Assembly (NCBI GenBank): GCA_964353255.1
Contig: CAYGVJ010000007.1
Span: forward strand, 317 to 64,316
Direction: 5' to 3'
Origin: an uncultured Solibacteraceae bacterium
GTDB lineage: Bacteria; Acidobacteriota; Terriglobia; Bryobacterales; Bryobacteraceae
DNA length: 64,000 bases
Shown here: one piece after another, positions 1-8,696 of the stretch
How the letters are laid out: every line of letters begins with the position of its first letter
Position numbering within the stretch: position 1 is the first letter of the stretch
Program-made: the position numbers and the translations under genes
Notes under the pieces: model-generated
What the model was told of the DNA's origin: nothing
Seen by the model: the letters and a program-made list of their open reading frames with translations, nothing else
Database searches by the model: none

Positions 1-8
1 CACTGCTC

Positions 9-1391
9 TTGGCGACCCGCATTCGACTCGCTCGCCTTTCCAGGCGCCGGATCGGGAAGTTCGCGGAGCTTTGTCATGAGCTGAATTGGCGGGAATCATA
101 CCCTGAGCTAGTCGCTCTTCTCGCACGGAACCTCAAGGAGTTCTTTCGCATTTACCACGCCGACTACGGGCTCCCGGCTCTTCGGCGGCGCCTCACGTCG
201 CGAGTGCTGCCAACCTTTGAGGACACTATCCTGAGGCTGGACGCTCTTCGAAAGACGGGAGGACAGCCACCGCTCACTTTTGCGGACCGGATTCCAGACC
301 AAATCGCCAGGCACGTGATCCGATTTCTCCCAGCATATTCGTGCGAGCAACGCATCGCGGCCCAAGTGGTCGAGAGCGTTCTGATGGCGCCGCGCTTCAT
401 CGAGGCGCTTTCAAACACGCGACCGTACCTCGGGATCGACATCATCCGCGGACTGGCCGGCAAGTTCGATCAGCAGGAGTTTCTTTCGGACTATATGGCA
501 GCGCTGATGGCCAACCCGGCGAGCGTGCTCTATCGGGAGATCGAGAAGAGCCAAAACCTTGCGTACGCCTTCCCCGAAACAAACCGCATCCTTCACAACC
601 TGGTGAAGGACGCCAAGGTTGCGCGGGATCTGGAGATTTGGAGACCAGTCGGCGAGTTCGCTCTGCGCGAACTGGACCGTCTGGCCGCCGATCCAGCCGG
701 CGACCGATACAACCACGCTTCCGGCGAGTTCGAGGAGCGGGAGGCGTGGCGCTCTCCGGTATGCGCGGCAATCCGTTTCTTCGACATCATGGTCCGCGCC
801 GGGCTTTCTCAAGGCATCGAGTGGCACATGGGGCTCTGCTATTTCCCGCCGATAGTGGATGGCATGGTCAGGAACTACAAGCCCTCCGGCCGACTCGTTG
901 ATCTCGACCAGACGTTCCCGACGCCTTACAACCACCTGATGTATGAGGCCGTTTCTACCATCCGAGAGTGGGTCGAAGCGGCCGATGAGGTTCCGGAAGG
1001 CCAGGGCAACGTGACCCTCCACTCCGTCCACGCCGACGCTGAGAACGGCAATATTCCGAAAACCGCTATCCTGGCGCTTGGCGAGTGTGCGGGCCACGTT
1101 CTGCTTTCCGACAAGCTTCGGGACAAGTTCAAGGACACGGTGATGGACGGCACGTTCGGGCTCTACTTCAGACTGCGGCAATCAGCGAAGTTGAGCCAGT
1201 ATGCTGAGGTGCTTGGTTCTTCGCTGCGACATGGCGGGTTGGCCTCTTGGACTGCCGATCCGATGTACTTGGCGAACCTCCACGAGTCGTTTGGCCGCTT
1301 GCAGCACGAATACCGCATCAAACATGACCCGGAACATGTTTCGGATCTCGCCCGCGCTATCGGGGTCCGCACGGAAGGGGCCGCACGTTGA
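9..1391 (+). CDS. Hypothetical protein (>=460 aa), first gene of a three-gene unit with darT-darG; may be 5'-truncated by the window edge
   Basis: ORF is open to the window edge. Its TGA stop (1389-1391) overlaps the TTG at 1388 and lies 12 nt before ATG 1403 of darT. Helix-rich sequence with no motif I can assign. Third codon positions are visibly less G/C-rich than in nearby housekeeping genes. Confidence 0.6.
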   Translation: MATRIRLARLSRRRIGKFAELCHELNWRESYPELVALLARNLKEFFRIYHADYGLPALRRRLTSRVLPTFEDTILRLDALRKTGGQPPLTFADRIPDQIARHVIRFLPAYSCEQRIAAQVVESVLMAPRFIEALSNTRPYLGIDIIRGLAGKFDQQEFLSDYMAALMANPASVLYREIEKSQNLAYAFPETNRILHNLVKDAKVARDLEIWRPVGEFALRELDRLAADPAGDRYNHASGEFEEREAWRSPVCAAIRFFDIMVRAGLSQGIEWHMGLCYFPPIVDGMVRNYKPSGRLVDLDQTFPTPYNHLMYEAVSTIREWVEAADEVPEGQGNVTLHSVHADAENGNIPKTAILALGECAGHVLLSDKLRDKFKDTVMDGTFGLYFRLRQSAKLSQYAEVLGSSLRHGGLASWTADPMYLANLHESFGRLQHEYRIKHDPEHVSDLARAIGVRTEGAAR

Positions 1392-2059
1392 GCTCTGCGT
1401 CAATGACGTCAGTGGGGGTGCCTCCGGGCCCAATCACGATCTACCGGCTTGTGCATATTGAAAATCTGCCGACGCTGCTCGCCCGCGGAGCGCTCCATGC
1501 GCCGAACTGGACGCCCAACGATGGCTTCCCCTACCGCACCATCCACAACCTGAGCGTTCAGGTGAGTCGCCACAGCAGACCGATCCCGTGTGGTCCTCGC
1601 GGCACCTGCCACGAGTACGTCCCGTTTTACTTCGGTCCTCTGTCCGTCATGTTGCTGAATCTTAAGACAGGACGGGTGGAGGGGTACAACGAGGGGCAGG
1701 CGCCGCTCATCTACCTGACCACAACAGTGCAGCGCGTCATCGACGCTGGCCGCCAGTTCGTGTTCTCGGACGGGCACGGCCTGGCGACGTTCACCAGTTG
1801 GTACGACGACCTGGCGCAACTCGGACAACTGGATTGGAACCTCGTCGGCGCCCGCTACTGGGCAGACCAACCGGATGACAATGACCGGCAGCGCCGCAAG
1901 CAGGCCGAGTTCCTGGTCTGGAAGTCGCTGGACTGGTCGTTGATCGAGAGAATTGCCGTTTTGAACCACCAGGTGAAAGCGAACGTTGAGGCCGTGTTGG
2001 ACCAGCATCCCGATCGGTTTCACCCCAGAGTGGAAATAAGGTCAGAATGGTACTACTGA
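1388..2059 (+). CDS. darT: DarT ssDNA ADP-ribosyltransferase toxin (DUF4433 family)
   Basis: Motifs IYRLVHIENLPTLL, HEYVPFYFGP, FVFSDGHG and KQAEFLVW (catalytic Glu context). Followed directly by a macrodomain gene. The true start may be ATG 1403. Confidence 0.85.
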   Translation: MSSASMTSVGVPPGPITIYRLVHIENLPTLLARGALHAPNWTPNDGFPYRTIHNLSVQVSRHSRPIPCGPRGTCHEYVPFYFGPLSVMLLNLKTGRVEGYNEGQAPLIYLTTTVQRVIDAGRQFVFSDGHGLATFTSWYDDLAQLGQLDWNLVGARYWADQPDDNDRQRRKQAEFLVWKSLDWSLIERIAVLNHQVKANVEAVLDQHPDRFHPRVEIRSEWYY

Positions 2060-2072
2060 AGAGAGAGCGCCG

Positions 2073-3125
2073 ATGATTGAAATCGCCAAGGGCAACATAT
2101 TGGAAGCCGACGTCGAGGCACTGGTGAACACCGTGAACTGCGTCGGCTTGATGGGCAAAGGCATCGCGCTTCAGTTCAAGCAGGCATTTCCGGCCAATTT
2201 CAAAGCCTACGAGGCCGCGTGCCGTGCTGGCGAGGTTGTGCCGGGACGGATGTTCATTTTCGACAATGGCAGCCTCATCAACCCGCGGTACGTCATCAAT
2301 TTCCCCACCAAGCGCCACTGGCGCGGGAAGTCGCGCATGGCGGATATTCGGTCCGGGCTGAAAGCGCTCGTCGCCGATGTTCGTAGGCTGGCTGTCCACT
2401 CGGTCGCCGTACCGCCCCTCGGATGCGGGCTTGGGGGATTGGACTGGCGCAAGGTGCGGCCTATCATCGAGCAGGCATTCTCTGAGCTGCCGGACGTTCA
2501 CGTGTTACTGTTCGAGCCCGCAGGGCCGCCGGATGCGAAGGCCATGCCCGTGCGGACCGCGCGGCCTCACATGACTGCGGCGCGTGCACTGTTCATCAAG
2601 TTGATGGACGCCTACGCGGCTCTGGAGTACAGCCGCACCCTGCTGGAGGTGCACAAGCTTGCCTACTTCCTGCAAGAGGCGGGAGAACCACTGCGGCTCA
2701 AGTATGAGGCAGGCCACTACGGCCCTTACGCAGCCAATCTCAATAAGGTGCTGGAGATGATGGAAGGTCACTTCGTCCGCGGCTACGGAGACAGCCAGAA
2801 GCCGAATGCGGAGATCGAGTTGCTGCCCGGCGCCGTTGAGGAGGCAACCGCTTTCCTCGCCGGCAAGTCCGAATCCTTGGGGCGTCTCGGACGCGTTGCG
2901 CGATTGATTGAAGGCTTCGAGACGCCTTACGGCCTGGAACTCCTGGCATCCGTCCATTGGGTGAGTCATCGTGGAGGACCCGGGAGTCACGAGCCCGCCG
3001 CCAATGCGGAGGAAGCCGTTGGCCAGATTCATACATGGAGTCCCCGCAAGCAGCAGGTGTTCAGGCCGGCGCACATCCGCACAGCGTGGAATCGGCTTGA
3101 AGACCAAGGATGGATAGGGGGATAG
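2073..3125 (+). CDS. darG: DarG antitoxin: N-terminal macrodomain plus C-terminal DarT-neutralising extension
   Basis: Macrodomain motifs [29 protein letters not shown] and [10 protein letters not shown], then a ~200-aa C-terminal domain. Sits 14 nt after darT. Confidence 0.85.
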   Translation: MIEIAKGNILEADVEALVNTVNCVGLMGKGIALQFKQAFPANFKAYEAACRAGEVVPGRMFIFDNGSLINPRYVINFPTKRHWRGKSRMADIRSGLKALVADVRRLAVHSVAVPPLGCGLGGLDWRKVRPIIEQAFSELPDVHVLLFEPAGPPDAKAMPVRTARPHMTAARALFIKLMDAYAALEYSRTLLEVHKLAYFLQEAGEPLRLKYEAGHYGPYAANLNKVLEMMEGHFVRGYGDSQKPNAEIELLPGAVEEATAFLAGKSESLGRLGRVARLIEGFETPYGLELLASVHWVSHRGGPGSHEPAANAEEAVGQIHTWSPRKQQVFRPAHIRTAWNRLEDQGWIGG

Positions 3126-3384
3126 CGAATCGCGGGCAGCTCGCTCAGGAAGCGACTGGGGAGCCCGCCACATAACAGGGCAGGTTTCGTCGGCCTTCCG
3201 AGAGGCCAACGCGCGGCAGTACGTGCCGGCCGCCAACCAGGCCTGGGAGGCCCGCTTCCCCGGCATCTTCCATATCAAGGACGGCACGATGCGCACGGGG
3301 GAGATTACCGGCCCCGGCCTCGGCGCTGTATGACGTGGCCCGAAACCTTGAACGGAAACTTGGGTTAAGTGAGTTGAGGAGATT

Positions 3385-4038
3385 GTGAGTATGACGCTTC
3401 GCGCAGTAATCCCGTTCGTCGTCTTCGGCGTCGCCCTGGGCCAGGCCCCGCTGGGGCCGCCGAATAGACCAAGCGTTCCCGGGGGCCCTGGGATGCCGAT
3501 GCTGGTGCCGGACATTGGCGCACTGAAGGCTTACTTGAACCTGACCGATGCGCAGGTTCAGCAGATGCGGCAGGCCGGTGAGCAGGCGCGCAAACAGGCC
3601 GCCGAAAAGGTGAGAACCATTCAGCCGCAGGTCCGGGACAAGCGATTGGCCCTGCGAGACTTGCTCGCCAAAGGCTCCAACGACCCTGCCGCCGTGGGCA
3701 AGCTGGTCCTCGAGATTCAAGCGTTGCAGAAGCAGGTGCGGGAGGGGCGAGAGGCGGTGCGAAACAGCCAGCTTAACGTCTTGACCGCGGAGCAGAAAGC
3801 CAAGTTCAAAGCCATCGAAGACGCTGCGGCGCTGCCGGCGGCGACGCGCGCTGCCATCAGGCTCGGGCTGGTGCCGCGCCCACAAGGCGAACCGGGACTC
3901 GGGATGATGAGGCGGGGCAGAGGCCTGCGCAGACAGGGTGGCACAATGGTGGAACCGGGCCCGGGTATGATGGGACCCGGCGCGGGGCCCCGCCGACGGG
4001 GTCAGGGACTCGGGCCCATGGACGGCGTCGCTCCGTGA
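3385..4038 (+). CDS. Periplasmic Spy/CpxP-family (LTXXQ-motif) protein with a Gly/Pro/Met-rich tail
   Basis: Signal-peptide-like N-terminus, two LTXXQ motifs (LTDAQ, LTAEQ), coiled-coil-like core, GAGGAG Shine-Dalgarno upstream. ATG 3391 is an alternative start. Confidence 0.6.
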   Translation: MSMTLRAVIPFVVFGVALGQAPLGPPNRPSVPGGPGMPMLVPDIGALKAYLNLTDAQVQQMRQAGEQARKQAAEKVRTIQPQVRDKRLALRDLLAKGSNDPAAVGKLVLEIQALQKQVREGREAVRNSQLNVLTAEQKAKFKAIEDAAALPAATRAAIRLGLVPRPQGEPGLGMMRRGRGLRRQGGTMVEPGPGMMGPGAGPRRRGQGLGPMDGVAP

Positions 4039-4078
4039 CCGCTCCATGCGCAGCGCGGCCTCCAGCGCTGCCCGGCTA

Positions 4079-4657
4079 CTATCTGGCGACGCCCACCACC
4101 AGCAGTGCCACCGGGGTCTCGCCCAGCGTCAGGTGCATGGTCCACTCGCCATCGCGGCTCATGCGCAGCCGGGGTGAAGGGCCGGCTGCGCCGGAGACGA
4201 GGCGCAACAGGGCCGGCGCGTCGGTGCGCGAGACCTTGCGGCTCAGGGCTTCGAGGGGCTCGGTTTCCGGAGGGCTTAAGCGCTGGTCGTCCTCTGCTTT
4301 GATCATGAGCAGGGAGTCGCCCGGCAGCGCCCGCAACGTGTAGAGCCCCGGTCCGAAGCCCCGGCCGTAACGATCAGCGCCCGGCGAGGCGAACCGGATG
4401 GCGCCGGCCAAAGCGCCTTCGGGGAGACCTCCAGCCTTCAGCGCCTCTTCCGCGGACGCGCCCTCGGAAACCGGGGCCTCACGCAGCCAGACTTCGCAGA
4501 AGGTGAACCGGTTGGGGTCCACGATCTTCACGCCGCGGCTCTGTAGCGCCTCGCGGATCTCCGCCGCCAGTTGCGCCGGCGGCGCGCCCGTGGGCAGCGC
4601 ACGATAGTCTTGCGCCGCCAGAGCAGCGGTTGCCAGCAGGAACAGCCATGCTCGCAT
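4079..4657 (-). CDS. Secreted hypothetical protein
   Basis: 192-aa ORF with N-terminal signal peptide (MRAWLFLLATAALAAQ); host-like codon bias; no recognisable domain. Confidence 0.5.
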   Translation of the reverse strand: MRAWLFLLATAALAAQDYRALPTGAPPAQLAAEIREALQSRGVKIVDPNRFTFCEVWLREAPVSEGASAEEALKAGGLPEGALAGAIRFASPGADRYGRGFGPGLYTLRALPGDSLLMIKAEDDQRLSPPETEPLEALSRKVSRTDAPALLRLVSGAAGPSPRLRMSRDGEWTMHLTLGETPVALLVVGVAR

Positions 4658-4867
4658 TAGAGTTCTCCCTCACAGGTTGGACGCACGCCAGGCAGCGTCC
4701 GACTCAGGACCGGCGCAAGAGTTCGGTCACGCCTGCCGGAAGGATGGGTGAAAGTCGCCCCGGCCGAGTGGCCCTTTTATTTTCAGCCAGTTGCAAGCCT
4801 TCCCGGCCGTTCCGGCAGAGCCTTCCGGCTGGTTTCCTGCCGGGCGGCTGCTAAGATCTGAAGCGGC

Positions 4868-5092
4868 ATGGACAAGCGAGAACTGGCTGAACGTCTGGCC
4901 CGCAAGGCGCGGCTGCCCAAGCCGGTCGCCGCCGATCAGCTTGACCGGGTGGTCCACGGCATCCTGCGGAGCTTGCGCAAGGGGCAACGGGTTACGCTTC
5001 CGGGCTTGGGCACTTTCGTCCCCGGGAAGAAGCCTACGTTTCGATTCGAGCCGGCCAAGTCCGGCAAGAGTGCCCGCAGCGGGCGAAAATGA
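4868..5092 (+). CDS. Small HU/IHF-fold-like DNA-binding protein (short-arm, HU-CCDC81-like)
   Basis: The pattern ELAERLA...VAADQLDRVVHGILRSLRKGQRVTLPGLGTF matches the helix-helix-strand core of HU but lacks the long beta-arm. Basic tail. Its stop overlaps the next start (ATGA at 5089). Confidence 0.6.
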   Translation: MDKRELAERLARKARLPKPVAADQLDRVVHGILRSLRKGQRVTLPGLGTFVPGKKPTFRFEPAKSGKSARSGRK

Positions 5093-5661
5093 GCGGCGCG
5101 GCAGCCACTTCCAGTGAGCAGGTAGCGGGCATTGTCAAGCGCTGCCTGGAGCGCGGCCGGAGCGTCGAGATCGACGGGCTGGGAGTGTTCCGTCCGGCTG
5201 CCGGGGGCCGGTTCAAGTTCGTCGCCGAGGCTCGCTCGAGCGTGTTCCTGGCTTACGTGCAAGAGGACGCCTCCGCCGCTGAGCGGCTGTACCGGGATTT
5301 CCAAGCCCGGGGCTTTGACCCGTGGCTGGACCGCCAGAAGCTGCTACCCGGCCAGAACTGGCCGCGAGCCATCGAGCAGGCCATCGAGTTCTGTGACTAC
5401 TTCGTGGCGTGCTTCTCGAAGTGCGCCGCCGGCAAGCGCGGCTGGTTCCAGTCCGAGTTGCGCTACGCGCTGGATTGCGCCCGGCGCGTGCCGCTGGGGG
5501 AGACTTACCTGATCCCGGTGCGGTTGGAAGAGTGCCGCGTGCCGGCGCGGATCAGCCAGCAGTGGCAGTACGTGGACCTGTTTCCGGATTGGGACCGGGG
5601 GTTCAGGCGGATCCTGGCGGCGATTCGGCGCCGGGTGAGGCGCTCACCCCGAGCGAGCTAG
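5089..5661 (+). CDS. Fusion protein: N-terminal HU-like segment plus C-terminal TIR domain
   Basis: N-terminus VAGIVKRCLERGRSVEIDGLGVFRP..GRFKFV repeats the HU-like core. Residues ~52-150 match bacterial TIR_2: VFLAYVQEDAS, GFDPWLDRQKLLPGQNW, DYFVACFS, WFQSELRYAL (conserved Glu). Confidence 0.75.
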   Translation: MSGAAATSSEQVAGIVKRCLERGRSVEIDGLGVFRPAAGGRFKFVAEARSSVFLAYVQEDASAAERLYRDFQARGFDPWLDRQKLLPGQNWPRAIEQAIEFCDYFVACFSKCAAGKRGWFQSELRYALDCARRVPLGETYLIPVRLEECRVPARISQQWQYVDLFPDWDRGFRRILAAIRRRVRRSPRAS

Positions 5662-6039
5662 CTTGCGCTTGATCTCCGCGGCGCGCGGGTGGTCTGGCGC
5701 CAGCTCCAGGAACTTGCGGTAGGCTTCCCGCGCGGCCTTCGGGTCCTTCAGTTTGTTCTGGGTCTCCCCCAGCCGCAAGTAGGCCTCGGCGTAGCCGGGG
5801 TTCCATTTGGTGGCTTCGCGGAAGCGACCTGCCGCGGCCTTGTACTTGCCCTTGCGGAAATAGAAGTTGCCCACCTTGAGCTCCTGCTCCGCCTGAAGGG
5901 GATTGAACGAGTACTCCTTGACGGTGAGAGCCTCGTCCTCTTCGGGAGGCTCCTGGACGGGAGGCGCCTTCTGCCGCTGGGCGCAGAGCGCGCCACCGAG
6001 CAGCATCAGGAGCAGGAGGCCACCACCGGCGCGTGCCAC
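5644..6039 (-). CDS. Exported TPR-repeat protein
   Basis: Signal peptide followed by TPR-like repeats (GNFYFRKGKYKAAAGRFREA, PGYAEAYLRLGE, AREAYRKFLELAP). Confidence 0.7.
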   Translation of the reverse strand: MARAGGGLLLLMLLGGALCAQRQKAPPVQEPPEEDEALTVKEYSFNPLQAEQELKVGNFYFRKGKYKAAAGRFREATKWNPGYAEAYLRLGETQNKLKDPKAAREAYRKFLELAPDHPRAAEIKRKLARSG

Positions 6040-6061
6040 AATTCTAGTATAAGGTTCGTCG

Positions 6062-7873
6062 ATGGATCTCCGCGAGAAGGCCGCTCAGTTGCCCGCCCAG
6101 CCCGGCGTCTACCTCTACAAGGACGCCGGCGGAGCGGTCCTCTACGTCGGCAAGGCCAAGGACCTGCGCAGCCGCGTGCGGAGCTACTTCTCCGAAGGAG
6201 GCCGGGCCGACGCGAAGACCGGCACGCTGATCGCCGAAGCCCGCGACGTGGAGTACATCCTGGTGGACAACGAGCGGGAGGCGCTGGCTCTGGAGAACAA
6301 CCTGATCAAGCACTGGCAGCCGCGCTTCAACGTTTTGCTGCGGGATGACAAGACCTACCCTTACATCAAGCTGACCAACGAGCGCTACCCGCGCGTCTAT
6401 GTGACGCGGCGGCTCATCAAGGATGGCTCGACTTACTACGGCCCGTATTTCCCCGGGAACCTGGCGCACCGGCTGGTGCACTTGATTCACCGGTATTTCG
6501 GGTTGCCCTCCTGCAAGGTGGATCTGACGCGGCGCCACGCGCAGCCCTGCCTCCAGCACCACATTCACCGCTGCCACGGCCCCTGCGTGGAGGGGCTGAC
6601 CACGGAGGAAGCCTACGCCCGGGCGGCCCGCCTAGTCCGGCTGTTTCTGGAGGGACGCCACGGGGACCTGCTCGCGGAGCTGCGCGCGGAGATGCAACGC
6701 GCCTCCGACGAGACGCGCTTCGAGCAGGCGGCAGTGCTGCGGGACGTGATCTCGACCATCGAGGAGACCGAGGATAAGCAGAGGATGGCCGCGGCCGCCG
6801 GCGAGGACATAGACATCTTCGGCTGCTACGCCGAACCGCCGCTGGTAGCGGCCAACGTCTTTCACCTGCGCAACGGGCGCATTGTGGACCGCCGCGAGTT
6901 CTTCTGGGAGGACCGGACGGAGTTCGAATCGGCGGAGTTTGTCTCGGGTTTTTTGAAGCAGTTCTATCTCGACCAGCAGTACGTCCCGGCGCGGATTCAC
7001 GTACCGGTGGAGTTCGAGGACCGGGAGGCTTTGGAGGAGGCGCTGTCGGAGCGGCGCGGGCGCAAGGTCGAGATCCACACGCCGCAGCGGGGACCGAAGA
7101 AGGCGCTGCTCGATCTGGCTGAGACCAACGCCCGGCACAGCTTCGAGCAGCGTTTCCGGGTGCTGAAACCCTCGGCGAAGGCGATTCAAGAGGCGCTTCA
7201 GGACATGCTGGGCTTGGCAGAGCCGCCCCGGCGCATCGAGTGCTTCGACATTTCCCATATTCACGGGACGGACACCGTAGCCAGCCTGGTGGTTTGGGAA
7301 AACGGGCGGATGAAGAAGTCGGATTACCGCAAGTTTGTCATCCGCACCGTGGAAGGCAGCGACGACTTCGCGGCCATGCGGGAGGTGATCACGCGGCGGT
7401 ATCGGCGGCTGCAAGAAGAGAAGCGGCCCCTGCCGTCGCTGGTGCTGGTGGACGGCGGCGTGGGTCAACTGCACGCGGCCGCCGAAGCGCTGGAGGGGCT
7501 GGGAATCACGGATCAGGCGCTAGCCGCCATCGCCAAGCGCGAGGAGTGGATTTACGTCTACGGGCAGGAAGACGAGCCGGTGGTGCTGGACCGCTTCTCG
7601 CCGGTGCTCCATCTGGTCCAGAGCGTGCGCGATGAGGCGCACCGGTTCGCCGTGACCTTCCACCGCACGCGGCGCGCGGCGGCGCGGCTGCGCTCGGAGC
7701 TGGAGCAAATCCCTGGGGTGGGAGAGAAGACCGTGCAGAAGCTGCTCAAGCACTTCGGCAGCCTCGAGGGCGTGCGCCAGGCCGCGGAGGAAGAGCTGGC
7801 GGCGGTGGTGGGGAAGGCAGCGGCAAGGCGGGTGCGGGGGTGGCGCGCCGCTCCCGAGGGCGACGTACAATAA
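6062..7873 (+). CDS. uvrC: Excinuclease ABC subunit C
   Basis: GIY-YIG N-terminus (PGVYLYKDAGGAVLYVGKAKDLRSRVRSYF), UVR domain, RNase H-like endonuclease region and C-terminal (HhH)2 (IPGVGEKTVQKLLKHFGSLEGV). The last 10 codons are unrelated to the displaced tail copies. Confidence 0.95.
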   Translation: MDLREKAAQLPAQPGVYLYKDAGGAVLYVGKAKDLRSRVRSYFSEGGRADAKTGTLIAEARDVEYILVDNEREALALENNLIKHWQPRFNVLLRDDKTYPYIKLTNERYPRVYVTRRLIKDGSTYYGPYFPGNLAHRLVHLIHRYFGLPSCKVDLTRRHAQPCLQHHIHRCHGPCVEGLTTEEAYARAARLVRLFLEGRHGDLLAELRAEMQRASDETRFEQAAVLRDVISTIEETEDKQRMAAAAGEDIDIFGCYAEPPLVAANVFHLRNGRIVDRREFFWEDRTEFESAEFVSGFLKQFYLDQQYVPARIHVPVEFEDREALEEALSERRGRKVEIHTPQRGPKKALLDLAETNARHSFEQRFRVLKPSAKAIQEALQDMLGLAEPPRRIECFDISHIHGTDTVASLVVWENGRMKKSDYRKFVIRTVEGSDDFAAMREVITRRYRRLQEEKRPLPSLVLVDGGVGQLHAAAEALEGLGITDQALAAIAKREEWIYVYGQEDEPVVLDRFSPVLHLVQSVRDEAHRFAVTFHRTRRAAARLRSELEQIPGVGEKTVQKLLKHFGSLEGVRQAAEEELAAVVGKAAARRVRGWRAAPEGDVQ

Positions 7874-7877
7874 GGCC

Positions 7878-8117
7878 ATGGGGTTGCCACCGCCGTTCGA
7901 CCGCATCACCATCGACCCGGAGCTCATGAACGGGCAGCCGTGCATCCGCGGCATGCGGCTCACGGTGCGACGCGTGCTTCAGGCGATGGCGCTCTATCCT
8001 GACCGTGCCGAGCTTTTCCGGGAATATCCGGAACTGGAAGAAGAGGACCTGCGGCAGGCCCTGGAGTTTTCGGCCGCCAATCTGGATGACCGCATCGACC
8101 TGCTGAACGTGGCGTGA
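7878..8117 (+). CDS. DUF433-family antitoxin-like protein
   Basis: ITIDPELMNGQPCIRGMRLTVRRVLQ...YPELEEEDLRQALEF matches the DUF433 pattern. Starts 4 nt after the uvrC stop. Confidence 0.8.
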   Translation: MGLPPPFDRITIDPELMNGQPCIRGMRLTVRRVLQAMALYPDRAELFREYPELEEEDLRQALEFSAANLDDRIDLLNVA

Positions 8118-8120
8118 GCC

Positions 8121-8501
8121 GTGATGCACAGGCTCCTACTGGATCAGGGACTGGCGCGCGCGACGGCAGCGATTCTCAGGGAGCGCGGGTGGGATGCCGT
8201 TCATGTCGGTGAGCTCGGCTTGGCCCACGCCTCAGACCGCTCCATCCTGGAGCTGGCGCGGCGTGACGGCCGCATGCTCTGCACGCTGGACGCTGACTTC
8301 CACCAACTGCTGGCTCTGAGTGGGGCAACGTCTCCCTCCGTCATTCGCATCCGGATCGAGGGCTTGCGTGGTCCGGCGCTGGCGCGGCTGCTGGAGCGAG
8401 TCTTGGAAGAGGTGGGGCCTTCGCTGATGGCCGGAATGGCGGTGACGATAACCACCCGTTCGGTCCGGGTGAGGCGGCTTCCGTTGACCAGCGCGAGATA
8501 G
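8121..8501 (+). CDS. DUF5615-family (PIN-like/Mut7-C-like) toxin-like protein
   Basis: LLLDQGL...HVGELGL..ASDRSILELARRDGRMLCTLDADFHQLL pattern. Sits 3 nt after the DUF433 gene, a typical pairing. Confidence 0.8.
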   Translation: MMHRLLLDQGLARATAAILRERGWDAVHVGELGLAHASDRSILELARRDGRMLCTLDADFHQLLALSGATSPSVIRIRIEGLRGPALARLLERVLEEVGPSLMAGMAVTITTRSVRVRRLPLTSAR

Positions 8502-8502
8502 C

Positions 8503-8661
8503 GTGACTGATTCCCCTGGGGTGGGAGAGAAGACCGTGCAGAAACTGCTCAAGCACTTCGGCAGCCTCGAGGGCGTGCGCCAGGCTTCGGAGGAAGATCT
8601 GGCGGCGGTGGTGGGGAAGGCAGCGGCAAGGCGGGTGCGGGGGTTCCACGCGGCGGGATAG
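8503..8661 (+). pseudogene. uvrC: Displaced uvrC 3' tail, copy B (HhH segment plus its own stop, ...RVRGFHAAG*)
   Basis: 8514-8644 aligns to uvrC 7711-7841 with 4 mismatches in 131 nt (hand alignment). The frame is preserved to TAG 8659-8661. Confidence 0.8.
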
Positions 8662-8696
8662 CCTTCTGGGCGTCCCGGTGATACGATCAGGCTGCT

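Larger units (their letters stand above)
7842..8513 (+). mobile_element. Inserted cassette (new uvrC terminal codons plus a DUF433/DUF5615 TA pair) bounded by a duplicated 131-nt uvrC tail
   Basis: Lies between near-identical repeats 7711-7841 and 8514-8644. No recombinase gene inside. Confidence 0.5.

Noticed and set aside
4757-4785. GGCC-GAGT-GGCC hairpin followed by a T-rich run (terminator-like) in the spacer upstream of the HU-like gene
   Set aside because: The stem is only 4 bp and no upstream plus-strand gene exists for it to terminate. It may simply be A/T-rich promoter DNA. The nearby 7-bp inverted repeat CCGGCAG/CTGCCGG (4812-4844) was noted but not interpretable.
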